64,000 bases of DNA from Oscillospiraceae bacterium (lineage in GTDB: Bacteria > Bacillota > Clostridia > Oscillospirales > WRJC01), in contig WRHM01000009.1 of assembly GCA_009783265.1 (NCBI GenBank), positions 29,339 through 93,338 on the forward strand, read 5' to 3'. The position numbers were made by a program, and so were the translations under genes. Below, piece after piece: positions 44,557 through 54,559 of the stretch. Numbering within the stretch: position 1 is the first letter of the stretch; each line of letters opens with the position of its first letter. The notes beneath the pieces were generated by a model. That model did no database searches. It worked only from the letters and a program-made list of their open reading frames with translations, and had not been told where the DNA came from.

Positions 44557-46941
44557 GTGAAAAAACTTTGGATGATTGCGTCGGCTAATATTAAAAAACA
44601 CAAATCTGTGTCGATAACGCTGGTTATAATGTTTGTAGTTGCGGCGTTGTTGTTAAATGCCGGATTGCTTGTCGTTTTGAATTACGGCAGTTTTTTTGAA
44701 AACCTGAAAGAAGAATTAAATCCGTCGGATGCTTATTTTTTACTTCCCGACGCTATTTACAGCGAAAAAACAGAACGTTATTTTAACGAAAACGAGCATG
44801 TCAAAAAAGCGCAGCATAACGACGCTTTATTGATAAACTGCGATATTTTATCGCAGGGCAAAGACAAAGGCTATACTGTTATATTCAGGAATATGGACGA
44901 ACAGTTAGAAATGACAAAATGGAAATTTATAGGCTCTCATCTGCCCGCTGAAGATATGGCGGTGTATCTGCCCGACGTTTTCAAGGCTGTGAGCGGTTAT
45001 GACTTAAACGATAAAATAAAACTTAATTATAAAGACGAGCAGGGCGAAGAAAAAACGCTTGAATTCACTGTCAAAGGATATACCGAAGATATATTTTTCA
45101 GTTCGACAGATACGGGGCTTTTAAGTTTTTATTTGCCGGAGGATATATATAATCAAGTATCTGAAATCCTGAATGACCCTGTATATAAAATACATCTGGT
45201 TTTTACTGATTTGGACGAGATTGCAAGCGCGGCAAAAGTCGAGAACAGCCTGCGCGAGCTTTTGGGGTTAAGCTCCGCGTCTTTAATGGCGGCAGATGTT
45301 TCAGAACTTTTAGTTATGATAGACGTCGAGCTTGTCGAAATGTCACGGGTGATGATGGCTTCTATGATTGCTGTCATGATGGTCGTTTTCGCGTTTATTA
45401 TCGTAATTGTATGTTTACTGGTCGTGCGTTTCAGGATTGTGAATAGCATAGAAGAAGATATGATAAAAATCGGATCGATGAAATCGGCGGGATACACAAG
45501 CCGTCAGATTATTATTTCTCTGCTGATGCAGTTTGGCTTGGTTGCGGCTTTGGGAAGTCTAATCGGCATTGCGCTGTCTTATCCTGTATTGCCCGCAGTT
45601 TCGAGAGTTTTTGAGCAGCAGTCCGGGTTAAAATGGGAACAGGGTTTTGACGCAATCATAAGTTCTGTGACATTTGCGGTTATTTTGGTTATAGTTGCGG
45701 CAGTGGCTTTGTTAGCAGCGCGCAAAGTAAAAAAACTGACCCCGATTCACGCGCTGCGCGGGGAATCTTCTTCCCGAAAATATAAGAATAATTACCTGCC
45801 GCTCGAAAAAACTTCAACAAATCTTTCGTTAAGATTAGCGTTTAAATCAACCCTGCAAAATTTCAGGCAGAGCGTTATGATATTAATTATTGTCGCGGCT
45901 GTGGCTTTTGCCGGTTCTTACGGCATAATCATGTATTATAACACATCTGTCGATACTAAAGCGTTCGCGGAAGTTCCGGGTATGGAAATCTGCAACGTTA
46001 TGGCTGTTTTAAATCCGCAAATGGACCATGAAGAAATTATCGGCGAGATAAAAAACATGGCAAATGTGCGCAAAGCGCAGTATTTGGACGAAGTAAAGCT
46101 AAAAGTGGACGGCAATGATGTGTCAGGTTATGTGATGGACGATTACGCGGGCAAAGAATCAAAATTGGTTTATGACGGCCATTATCCCGAAAAGAGCGGC
46201 GAAATTGTGCTTGCGGGAATTTTAGCCGGGCGGCTGGATAAAAAAACAGGCGATACAGTCACTGTTGCGTTTAACGGCAATAAAGAAGAAATATTTACAG
46301 TTTCGGGATTATCCAACGGGTCGTCTATGGGCGGCATGAACACATGCATACTGGCAGAAGATTTTATCAGGCTTAACCCGGATTTCAAACCTCAGATTCT
46401 GGATATTTATTTAGACAAAGGGACTGACGCCGCAGAATTTGTGAAAATTCTTGAGAATAAATATGACAAAGAACTTCTCAGAAGCGTGATGGATTTTGAC
46501 AAGGGGCTCGCCGAGGGAATGGCTTCTTATCAGAATATTGTCGCAATTATGGGAATTACTATGCTTATAATTACATTAACAGTTATAGCTCTTGTTTTAT
46601 ATTTTGTCATCGGGTCTTCAGTAATACGCCGCAAACGCGAGCTGGGTATTCAAAAAGCAGTCGGCTATACTACTGTTCAGTTGATGAATCAGATTGCCGC
46701 GGGTTTTGCAATTCCGGTGAGTTTAGGGGTTATAGCGGGAAGTTTTCTCGGCGCGGTTTATACCAATCCGTTAATGTCCGTGGCTATGCAGGGCATGGGC
46801 GTAATGAAAGCAGGATTTATCATAAATCCTGTATGGGTTATTATATTCGGAGCGGGAACGTTTGTATTCGCTTATTTGTTATCTTTGGCTGTCACGTGGC
46901 GAATCCGTAAAATTTCGGCTTATGCGCTGGTGACTGAGTGA
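44557..46941 (+). CDS. ABC transporter permease with two FtsX domains (10-TM, MacB/BceB-like)
   Basis: Two FtsX-type 4-TM bundles separated by large extracytoplasmic regions. GTG start sits right after the upstream stop, with a GGGGTGG RBS. Confidence 0.8.
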   Translation: MKKLWMIASANIKKHKSVSITLVIMFVVAALLLNAGLLVVLNYGSFFENLKEELNPSDAYFLLPDAIYSEKTERYFNENEHVKKAQHNDALLINCDILSQGKDKGYTVIFRNMDEQLEMTKWKFIGSHLPAEDMAVYLPDVFKAVSGYDLNDKIKLNYKDEQGEEKTLEFTVKGYTEDIFFSSTDTGLLSFYLPEDIYNQVSEILNDPVYKIHLVFTDLDEIASAAKVENSLRELLGLSSASLMAADVSELLVMIDVELVEMSRVMMASMIAVMMVVFAFIIVIVCLLVVRFRIVNSIEEDMIKIGSMKSAGYTSRQIIISLLMQFGLVAALGSLIGIALSYPVLPAVSRVFEQQSGLKWEQGFDAIISSVTFAVILVIVAAVALLAARKVKKLTPIHALRGESSSRKYKNNYLPLEKTSTNLSLRLAFKSTLQNFRQSVMILIIVAAVAFAGSYGIIMYYNTSVDTKAFAEVPGMEICNVMAVLNPQMDHEEIIGEIKNMANVRKAQYLDEVKLKVDGNDVSGYVMDDYAGKESKLVYDGHYPEKSGEIVLAGILAGRLDKKTGDTVTVAFNGNKEEIFTVSGLSNGSSMGGMNTCILAEDFIRLNPDFKPQILDIYLDKGTDAAEFVKILENKYDKELLRSVMDFDKGLAEGMASYQNIVAIMGITMLIITLTVIALVLYFVIGSSVIRRKRELGIQKAVGYTTVQLMNQIAAGFAIPVSLGVIAGSFLGAVYTNPLMSVAMQGMGVMKAGFIINPVWVIIFGAGTFVFAYLLSLAVTWRIRKISAYALVTE

Positions 46942-46960
46942 TATATCTCTTGCATAATTA

Positions 46961-46998
46961 AAAATAATGTTCCGGTGTTGACCGGAACATTATTTTTG
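46961..46998 (+). terminator. Intrinsic terminator after the FtsX-type ABC operon
   Basis: aataatgttccggt-gttg-accggaacattatt stem followed by a T-run. Confidence 0.8.
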
Positions 46999-47042
46999 TG
47001 ATATAATTTATTAAATAAATAAAACCCGAAAGGCATAAAAGC

Positions 47043-48236
47043 ATGTCGATAAAAAACAATTACAGCCATACAATTTACGCAAGCTATATAGGATATATCA
47101 CTCAGGCGATCATAAATAATTTCGCTCCCCTGCTCTTTTTGACATTCCAGAAATCTTATGATATACCCATAGAGCAAATAACCCTGCTTGTCACAGTTAA
47201 TTTTGCCATTCAATTAATTATAGATTTTCTGTCGGCGAAATTTGCCGATAAAATCGGCTATAAGCCTCTGGCTGTGGCTTCTCATATATGCGCCGCCGCA
47301 GGGCTTGCGGGGCTTGGGATATTTCCCGTGTTATTGCCGCCTTATACCGGGATTTTTCTCGCTGTTGTTCTATATGCCGTAGGCGGCGGCCTGATAGAAG
47401 TCTTGATAAGCCCGATTGTTGAGGCATGCCCTACGGATCAGTCAAAAAAATCCGCGAATATGAGCCTTTTACATTCGTTTTATTGCTGGGGCCATGTATT
47501 TGTAATTATCGGGTCTACTTTGTTTTTTATTGTTTTCGGCATAGATAACTGGCGGATACTCGCTTTTATATGGGCGGTTATCCCGTTAATTAACGCTTTT
47601 TATTTTTCCCGCGTGCCTATCGCTACGTTGACAAACGGCGGTGAAAGCATGCCTGTCAAAAATCTTGTAACGTCAAAACTGTTCTGGCTCCTGATGATTT
47701 TGATGATATGTTCGGGAGCTTCTGAGCAGGCTATGATACAGTGGGCGTCGGTTTTTGCCGAAGCGGGGCTTAAAGTATCGAAAACTGTGGGCGATTTGAC
47801 AGGCCCATGCCTGTTTGCCGTGCTTATGGGCATATCGAGACTGGGATATTCAAAATTCAGCGGCAGGATAAATTTAAAAATTTTTATGACAGTCAGCGGC
47901 TGCCTGTGCGTGATAAGTTATTTGCTTGCATCGCTTTCGAATAATCCGGTATTATCTCTTATCGGGTGCAGCCTGTGCGGATTGTCAGTAGGCATTATGT
48001 GGCCCGGAACGTTTAGCCTTGCGGCTGAGAAGTGCCCGAAAGGGGGAACGGCTTTGTTTGCTTTACTGGCTCTGGGCGGTGATTTAGGATGTTCGGGAGG
48101 ACCGACGCTTGTCGGCATTGCTTCGGCTATATCGGGCGGAGGCATAAAAACGGGAATTTTAGCCGGTATTATATTTCCGGCATTATTGATTTTCGGGCTT
48201 ATTTTATTGTCAGGAACTCATAAGAACAAAACATGA
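47043..48236 (+). CDS. MFS transporter
   Basis: 12-TM pattern of 397 aa, with an extended -10 (TGATATAAT) upstream. Confidence 0.8.
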   Translation: MSIKNNYSHTIYASYIGYITQAIINNFAPLLFLTFQKSYDIPIEQITLLVTVNFAIQLIIDFLSAKFADKIGYKPLAVASHICAAAGLAGLGIFPVLLPPYTGIFLAVVLYAVGGGLIEVLISPIVEACPTDQSKKSANMSLLHSFYCWGHVFVIIGSTLFFIVFGIDNWRILAFIWAVIPLINAFYFSRVPIATLTNGGESMPVKNLVTSKLFWLLMILMICSGASEQAMIQWASVFAEAGLKVSKTVGDLTGPCLFAVLMGISRLGYSKFSGRINLKIFMTVSGCLCVISYLLASLSNNPVLSLIGCSLCGLSVGIMWPGTFSLAAEKCPKGGTALFALLALGGDLGCSGGPTLVGIASAISGGGIKTGILAGIIFPALLIFGLILLSGTHKNKT

Positions 48237-48431
48237 CCTGTTAATATTATCAGAAAAAGTTGGGTTTACTCCGGTGACTGCGTTAAAAACAGACTTAAAA
48301 GAAAAAAGTATCGCAGCACATATAAGCGCGCAGTATGCGGCTAAAATAATTATTTTAAAAACAGCTATGACTTTTGGAGACTTGAATATTTTAAAAATTG
48401 ATTTGATTTTCATGTTCGTTTTCGTTTTCAT
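48210..48431 (-). CDS. Hypothetical small membrane protein
   Basis: GGAGGT RBS 9 nt upstream. Basic N-terminus plus one TM (VIAVFKIIILAAYCALICAAILF). Overlaps the MFS 3' end by 27 nt. Confidence 0.4.
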   Translation of the reverse strand: MKTKTNMKIKSIFKIFKSPKVIAVFKIIILAAYCALICAAILFSFKSVFNAVTGVNPTFSDNINRSCFVLMSS

Positions 48432-48576
48432 TTAAGATTTACCTCCGGAACATATAATATATAAAAACAATATTATTATTTTATCTATATTTTTGGTATT
48501 TATACTGTTTTTTGGATATTTTGCATATATTTAGATTATAAATTCAAATACAGAAAATAAGGCGGGACTATATAGT

Positions 48577-49617
48577 ATGGATAAAATAAAAAATAATATA
48601 ATATTATTTGCGTTTATATGCGTATCGGTGATAATATCCGGTATTCTTTTTATAAACTACGGCGCGGCGAAAGCCATAAATTCTGAATCGAAAGCCGATT
48701 ATGTAAAATGGATGGAATTTGACGTCAGGCTCTCGACTTTGCAGAAATCCCTGAAATATGATATAGATTCTTACGGAACCGAAACCCCGCTGAACTGGAT
48801 AGAGCTTTTATCTTATGCGGCGGCAAAAAACTGGGGCAACGTAAAAGAAGAAAAAAAAGTAAATAAATATATCGACGATTTGGTGAAAGAGCTTAGAAAC
48901 GGAAAAACGATGGAAGAACTCACGGAAAATAATAAAAACATGAAATTATATAATTATTATTACGAGACGTTTTATTCGGTATTAAACGGATTTGTCGGCG
49001 AATATGAAATTATCGAGCCTGACCCGGAAAATCCTGAAAAAGAAGCCGTGACAAAAAAATACGGTTTGAAGGCCTTTTCGCCGATTGCTAAAAATTACGG
49101 ATATTCGCACTACGACGATTTCGGAAATTCGCGGTCTTACGGTTACAGGCGCAAGCATTTGGGCAATGATTTACTGGGCAGCGTCGGCACGCCGGTTATC
49201 GCGGTTGAGGACGGGTATATCGAGGCGATAGGCTGGAATCAGTACGGCGGGTGGAGAATCGGGATAAGAAGCCATGACACGAGAAGATATTATTATTACG
49301 CGCACCTGAGAAAAGACCACCCGTTTGTTTCCGGATTAAAAGAAGGCGATAATATATGCGCCGGCGATGTTATCGGCTATCTTGGCATGACGGGTTATAG
49401 TTCAAAAGAAAATACGAACAATATAAAAATCCCGCACCTGCATTTCGGGTTGCAGGTAATATTTGACGAAGTTCAGAAAGACGGGATAAACCAGATATGG
49501 GTCGACGTTTATAATATAGTAAATCTACTCGAAAAAAACAGAATGCCCGTTGAAAAAAATCCTGACGGAACGGATTATCAACGGACAAAAAATATAAATA
49601 ATATAATAACGGATTGA
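48577..49617 (+). CDS. M23-family metallopeptidase, membrane-anchored
   Basis: HLGNDL...GTPVIAVEDGYI...PHLHFGL motifs and an N-terminal signal anchor. Confidence 0.85.
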   Translation: MDKIKNNIILFAFICVSVIISGILFINYGAAKAINSESKADYVKWMEFDVRLSTLQKSLKYDIDSYGTETPLNWIELLSYAAAKNWGNVKEEKKVNKYIDDLVKELRNGKTMEELTENNKNMKLYNYYYETFYSVLNGFVGEYEIIEPDPENPEKEAVTKKYGLKAFSPIAKNYGYSHYDDFGNSRSYGYRRKHLGNDLLGSVGTPVIAVEDGYIEAIGWNQYGGWRIGIRSHDTRRYYYYAHLRKDHPFVSGLKEGDNICAGDVIGYLGMTGYSSKENTNNIKIPHLHFGLQVIFDEVQKDGINQIWVDVYNIVNLLEKNRMPVEKNPDGTDYQRTKNINNIITD

Positions 49618-49636
49618 AAAATCAAATAACTAATAT

Positions 49637-50563
49637 TTAATGCTCCTGTGGGTTCACATGAACCATGCAGTGCTTTACTCTGGGATTTACTTTTTCCACT
49701 GCGTCATGAATATTTTCGGCTATATCATGAGTTTGATTTAAACTCAGATTACCGTCTGCGCTGATTTCTATGTCAACGTATATTTTATCGCCAAAAAGCC
49801 TCGTCTTTAACTGGTCGATCTTAAAATCTCCCTGATTTTGTATTGCCTCGCGTATTTCTTCGATTGTTTCGTCGCTTGCAGTTCTATCAGTCATTTTGCC
49901 TATAGCGTCCATAAAAATATTATACGCCGCTTTTACTATAAATACACAGATAATAATACATGCCGCCGAATCCAGTATAGGAAACCCCAATCGCGCGCCG
50001 AGTATCCCCACAAAGCTGCCCACTGATGATAAAGCGTCGGAACGGTGGTGCCATGCCCCAGCCATCAACGCAGTCGAATTTATTTTTTTCGCGAAAATTT
50101 TCGTATACCAGAACAAGCCTTCTTTGACCGCAATCGAAACCACAGCCGCAATCAGTGCAAGCAGACCGGGTATAGCCAAACTTTGATAATCGCCTGAAAA
50201 AATATTTTTTGCTCCGCCGTATCCGATAACAAATCCGGTAGCGGCAAGAATTGCCGCGAGAATAATCGCCACAACGCATTCAAACCGTTCATGACCATAA
50301 GGATGCTCTTTGTCTGATTTTTTATTTGACAGTTTTATGCCGACCAAGACAATCGCCCCGCCTAAAATATCTGACATAGAATGGACCGCGTCTGATACCA
50401 TCGCCATCGAGCCGGCAATAATTCCGGCTGATAATTTAAAAGCTGTTAAAATTATATTGAACAAAATGCCGACAAAACTCACCTGTACGGCAATTTGTTC
50501 ATTGCTTTTACTGCTTTTATTTTTTTCGTTTGTATTTTTTGTATCGTTTATATCGTTTGTCAT
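49637..50563 (-). CDS. Cation diffusion facilitator (CDF) family metal efflux transporter (CzcD/FieF-like)
   Basis: Six TM with HSMSD and HHRSD metal-site motifs and a C-terminal cytoplasmic domain. GGAGGT RBS. Confidence 0.85.
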   Translation of the reverse strand: MTNDINDTKNTNEKNKSSKSNEQIAVQVSFVGILFNIILTAFKLSAGIIAGSMAMVSDAVHSMSDILGGAIVLVGIKLSNKKSDKEHPYGHERFECVVAIILAAILAATGFVIGYGGAKNIFSGDYQSLAIPGLLALIAAVVSIAVKEGLFWYTKIFAKKINSTALMAGAWHHRSDALSSVGSFVGILGARLGFPILDSAACIIICVFIVKAAYNIFMDAIGKMTDRTASDETIEEIREAIQNQGDFKIDQLKTRLFGDKIYVDIEISADGNLSLNQTHDIAENIHDAVEKVNPRVKHCMVHVNPQEH

Positions 50564-50671
50564 AATACTACCTCCGTTAAACGCTTTTCAGCGTGTTTTT
50601 AAGATAGCTCTATGGCACTTTAATAACCCAGTAATTAATATTAATATGTTATGTCCCGGATTTCAGCGTAC

Positions 50672-50735
50672 AAAAATAAAAAAAGCACACCAATAATGGA
50701 ACAATATTACTGTCCCACAGATGTGCGTGTAAATC
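50672..50735 (-). terminator. Intrinsic terminator forming the expression platform of the riboswitch-like leader
   Basis: GCACAUC...GGUGUGC stem followed by U7AU5. Its 5' arm overlaps the 3' strand of leader helix P4. Confidence 0.55.
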
Positions 50736-50805
50736 ACCTGCTGCCGCATTATCGCGACCCAGCCCCATAAACATTAAAATTAAAAGTTTATCGCCTGATC
50801 AGTTT
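50709..50805 (-). promoter_or_regulatory. Candidate NiCo (czcD-motif) riboswitch aptamer
   Basis: Four helices can be drawn: P1 ACUG/CAGU; P2 AUAAAC/GUUUAU; P3 GUCGC/GCGGC; P4 CAGGUG/CAUCUG. Junction strings are CUGGG, GCAGCAGG and CUGUGGGACAG. It sits between a consensus promoter and a CDF gene. Confidence 0.55.
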
Positions 50806-50855
50806 ATTTTGTACTGTAATTTATATGCAGTGCAAATAGTAGCCCTATATTTATT

Positions 50856-50884
50856 ATTATATTATATTTTAAGCAATTTGTCAA
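50856..50884 (-). promoter_or_regulatory. Consensus sigma-A promoter (TTGACA-17-TATAAT) for the riboswitch-CDF unit
   Basis: Perfect hexamers on the minus strand. Confidence 0.7.
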
Positions 50885-50942
50885 CCCAAAAATCAAGAAA
50901 AAATAATTTATATTACTAACAAAAATTTTACATGTTTTACTA

Positions 50943-50971
50943 TTGATTTTTTTTTGGTATGGGTGTATAAT
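50943..50971 (+). promoter_or_regulatory. Sigma-A promoter (TTGATT-17-TATAAT) for the V-ATPase operon
   Basis: Near-consensus -35 and perfect -10, about 37 nt upstream of the first ntp gene. Confidence 0.6.
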
Positions 50972-51007
50972 AAACAATCATGTTTGTTGGAAAGGCGGGG
51001 ATTTATA

Positions 51008-51358
51008 ATGCAGTATAACACTGTGAACTCCATGAAAAACGTAGAGATAATCAACAGGATTATCGAAATAGAAGCCAGCGCGCAGGAACTGATAAAAAAC
51101 GCGGGGCGCGAACAATCTGAACTCCCGCTGAAAATATCTGAAATACTTGACGCGTATAAAACCCAGCAGCATGAAAAAGCGCTTGACAAAATAAAAAACA
51201 TCCGGATTGCCGAAGAAAAATCCGCTGAAGAAAAAATAGAGCGGATCCGCAAAGAACACGAAGAAAAACTGGGCAAATTAAAAAGAATAGTGGACGAAAA
51301 TATAGATTCATGGGTCGAAAAAATATATTGTTTTATAATAAAACCTACTGAAATTTAG
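51008..51358 (+). CDS. V-type ATPase small coiled-coil stalk subunit (G/H-like)
   Basis: Charged heptad-rich 116-aa protein in the first position of the ntp operon. Start at 51008 follows AAAGGCGGGG. Confidence 0.5.
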   Translation: MQYNTVNSMKNVEIINRIIEIEASAQELIKNAGREQSELPLKISEILDAYKTQQHEKALDKIKNIRIAEEKSAEEKIERIRKEHEEKLGKLKRIVDENIDSWVEKIYCFIIKPTEI

Positions 51359-51408
51359 AAAATACCCAATCAATTATAAAATAAATACAGAAAGAAGGTC
51401 TTATATTT

Positions 51409-52539
51409 ATGCCGCTTTTTAAATATGAGGCGGTCACGGCAAAATGCAGATGCCTTTACGGTAAACTTCTCGGGCCGAAAGACTACGAGAATCTGCTGAA
51501 ATGCCCGGACGTCTCAGATATAGCGGTTTATCTTCAGGACAATACTGCTTATCATGAATTTCTCAATGGGTCTGATCTGAGAAGGATCAACAGAAATAAA
51601 CTTGAGTATTATATCAAAAAGAGTATGCTCAACGATTATTTAAAAATGTATAAATTCACTTTCGGAAACGAGAGATATTTTATAAATTTGCTTATGGCTA
51701 AATATGAGCTTGAATATATTTTAAGGGCATGGCGTGAATATGTCCTTAAAAATATCGAAAATAATAATAATTCTGTATCAAAACCGAACGAATCAGAAGA
51801 AGATTATTTTTTGGGCAAGGGGATTCTTGAAATACAGATGATTTATCAGAATAATCCCCGAATTGACATAGAGGCGCTGAAAAATATCACAAATGCCGAG
51901 CAGTTTATAAACGCGATAAAAAACAGCGACTTTTTTTATATTTTTGAAAAGCATATAAAAGACGATATATCAAAAAATTATACTGAAATAGAAACTGCGG
52001 TTTACGACGATTATTATAAAATTTTATACGACAGCGCGGAAATATTTGAAAAAGAGACAAGAAAAAAAATTCAGGATTCTATAAGCACGCACGCGGATTT
52101 GCTGAATTTGTGCAGAATATCAAGAATGCTTTTTAATTTCAAAGCCGGTCCGGAAGAAATCATGCCGCTGCTTGTTCCGCTTCGCAACAGGCTTAAACCG
52201 GATAATATAAACGCACTTCTCAAATCAAATGACAGGGAAAAATTTTTATTATACTGCCAGTCTAATTTATCATACGGCGAAAAGCAGTCTTTTTATGCTT
52301 ATGATTCTATGTCGTCGTATATGAATTCTTTTTTGTATAAATATTATAAATCAAAGATAAAAGTATCGTCGTCGGGATTTGAAGTTATAGTCCGTTATTT
52401 TCACGTCAAGGAATTTGAAGTTATGAATCTGTTTTATCTGACAGAGGGGATAAGATATAAAATGACTCCGGATTATATAAGAAAAAATATATACGGGCTT
52501 GATTATGACCCTAACAAATCATCAAGGGGGGCGGTATAA
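51409..52539 (+). CDS. ntpC: V-type ATPase subunit C (V0 d-type)
   Basis: Size, operon position and all-helical composition. Contains an Asn-rich insert. Confidence 0.65.
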   Translation: MPLFKYEAVTAKCRCLYGKLLGPKDYENLLKCPDVSDIAVYLQDNTAYHEFLNGSDLRRINRNKLEYYIKKSMLNDYLKMYKFTFGNERYFINLLMAKYELEYILRAWREYVLKNIENNNNSVSKPNESEEDYFLGKGILEIQMIYQNNPRIDIEALKNITNAEQFINAIKNSDFFYIFEKHIKDDISKNYTEIETAVYDDYYKILYDSAEIFEKETRKKIQDSISTHADLLNLCRISRMLFNFKAGPEEIMPLLVPLRNRLKPDNINALLKSNDREKFLLYCQSNLSYGEKQSFYAYDSMSSYMNSFLYKYYKSKIKVSSSGFEVIVRYFHVKEFEVMNLFYLTEGIRYKMTPDYIRKNIYGLDYDPNKSSRGAV

Positions 52540-52540
52540 T

Positions 52541-54508
52541 ATGTCTGTAATAAAATTAAAATTGATGAGCATATCCGGCAGTATGAGCGATTTCGATTCT
52601 GTTTTATATTATTGCGTGACTGACCCGTATCTTCATGTCGAGGACGCTTCGTCTGTGATACACGGACTAAAAGAGATTACGCGCTCAAACGGGAACAATC
52701 CGTATAAAGATTTATCGTCAGGAATCGAAAGCCTCGCCGCCGCCGCTAATATCGACCTTCATGAAAAACTGAAAACCGCTGTCAGGTCTGAAAAGTTTGA
52801 TAAGCCTGATATGCGTGAAAAATCTGATATGCCTGATTTTATGAATAATTTTGATGTAAATATAGAAAAAGCTCAGAACTGGATAAAAACCCAAACAGAA
52901 AAAATAAACATCCAGAATGACGAGATAAGCAAGGCTAATAATCTCGTCAAAGAAAACCAGAAAATTTTGGCGCAGCTTGAGCATATCGGCGACATATCAG
53001 CTAATTTAGACGCTCTTTTTAATTTTGAGTTTTTCAAGTTCAGGTTCGGGCACATGCCGCGCGAAGCGTATGATTCTATAACAATGTACGGGATGGCTGA
53101 TACAGATGATGTGTTTTTTATTCCGTCGTCTCTCGAGAGAAACGAAGTATGGGGAATATATTTTACCCCGAGGACAAAAAGTGTAAAAGTAGATTCGATG
53201 TTTTCGGTCCTGCATTTCGAGAGGGTAAGAATATCTGAAAAAGCTCACGGGACTCCCGAAAACGCAAAACGCGAACTCATAAAAGAAATAGAATCTATAA
53301 AAAATAAAATAAATGAATTAAATGCCGGGCTTTTTGATATTATAACTGAGACCAACGAACTGATAGACAGGAATTATAAAAAAATATATCTGCTTTTTAA
53401 TATATACGAACTGAGAAAAAAGACTGTTCAGGCAAATTCGGAATTTCAGATGCTTGTTTGGCTTCCGGAAAATCACGTTGGTAAATTTTCGGAAAAACTT
53501 TCGTGCCTGCCGACTGTTGTCTCATCTGTGAATTCCCCCTCGGATATACCGTCGATAAAACCGCCGACGCTGCTTAAAAATTTTATTTTATTCAGGCCGT
53601 TTGAGCAGTTTGTGAAAATGTACGGGCTGCCGTCCCATAACGAAATAGACCCGACGCCGTTTTTAGCCCTGACTTATATATTATTTTTCGGAATTATGTT
53701 CGGGGACGTCGGTCAGGGTTTGGTTATATCTCTTGCGGGATTTCTGGTATGGCGGCTAAAAAAGATAAATCTTGGCAGGATTGCGGGAGTTTTAGGACTT
53801 TCATCAGTTATATTTGGATTTATATTCGGCTCGGTCTTCGGGATGGAAAATATAATTGGGGGATATAATCCGTTAGAGCATATCAATACAGTTCTGATTG
53901 CCGCCGTCGGCTTGGGAATTGCGACTGTGTCCTGCGCGATTATATTAAATATATTAAACGGCATAAAACAAAAAAATATCGAAAAGATTTTCTTTTCCCA
54001 AAACGGGTTTGCGGGGCTTATATTTTACTGGGGCGTGATTACCGCGGGTCTTGTGATGATGAAATTCGTGGCTTTGAATATACCGGTTTCAACTATTGTT
54101 TCACTTGTTTTAATATGCGTTGTTTTAATATATTTAAGAGAGCCGCTGGCAAATATAATAGTTCGTAAACCTAAGATAATACCTCATAGTCCGGTGGAAT
54201 TTTTTGTAGCTAATTTATTTGAGATATTCGAGATTATTTTATCGTTTCTCACAAATACGGTTTCGTTTATCAGGGTCGGGGCTTTCGCATTAAATCATGT
54301 GGGAATGATGAGCGTAGTCATGCTTCTTGCGGAGAACGCGTCCGGCGGGAAAAATCCTGCGGTTTTAATTTTGGGCAATATAATAGTAATCGCGCTTGAG
54401 GGGTTGATTGTGGGGATACAGTGTTTAAGATTGCAGTATTACGAAATATTCGGCAGGTTTTTTGAGGGCGACGGACGAAGTTTTGAGCCGAGTGAATTTT
54501 CAAAATAA
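52541..54508 (+). CDS. ntpI: V-type ATPase subunit I (a-type membrane subunit)
   Basis: N-terminal soluble coiled-coil half plus a C-terminal multi-TM half with the conserved R in FIRVGAFALNH. Start at 52541 follows GGGGGG. Confidence 0.85.
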   Translation: MSVIKLKLMSISGSMSDFDSVLYYCVTDPYLHVEDASSVIHGLKEITRSNGNNPYKDLSSGIESLAAAANIDLHEKLKTAVRSEKFDKPDMREKSDMPDFMNNFDVNIEKAQNWIKTQTEKINIQNDEISKANNLVKENQKILAQLEHIGDISANLDALFNFEFFKFRFGHMPREAYDSITMYGMADTDDVFFIPSSLERNEVWGIYFTPRTKSVKVDSMFSVLHFERVRISEKAHGTPENAKRELIKEIESIKNKINELNAGLFDIITETNELIDRNYKKIYLLFNIYELRKKTVQANSEFQMLVWLPENHVGKFSEKLSCLPTVVSSVNSPSDIPSIKPPTLLKNFILFRPFEQFVKMYGLPSHNEIDPTPFLALTYILFFGIMFGDVGQGLVISLAGFLVWRLKKINLGRIAGVLGLSSVIFGFIFGSVFGMENIIGGYNPLEHINTVLIAAVGLGIATVSCAIILNILNGIKQKNIEKIFFSQNGFAGLIFYWGVITAGLVMMKFVALNIPVSTIVSLVLICVVLIYLREPLANIIVRKPKIIPHSPVEFFVANLFEIFEIILSFLTNTVSFIRVGAFALNHVGMMSVVMLLAENASGGKNPAVLILGNIIVIALEGLIVGIQCLRLQYYEIFGRFFEGDGRSFEPSEFSK

Positions 54509-54559
54509 ATAATAAATTAAAAATAAATAACAAAAAAACAAAGGGGATTTAGATGTTTT

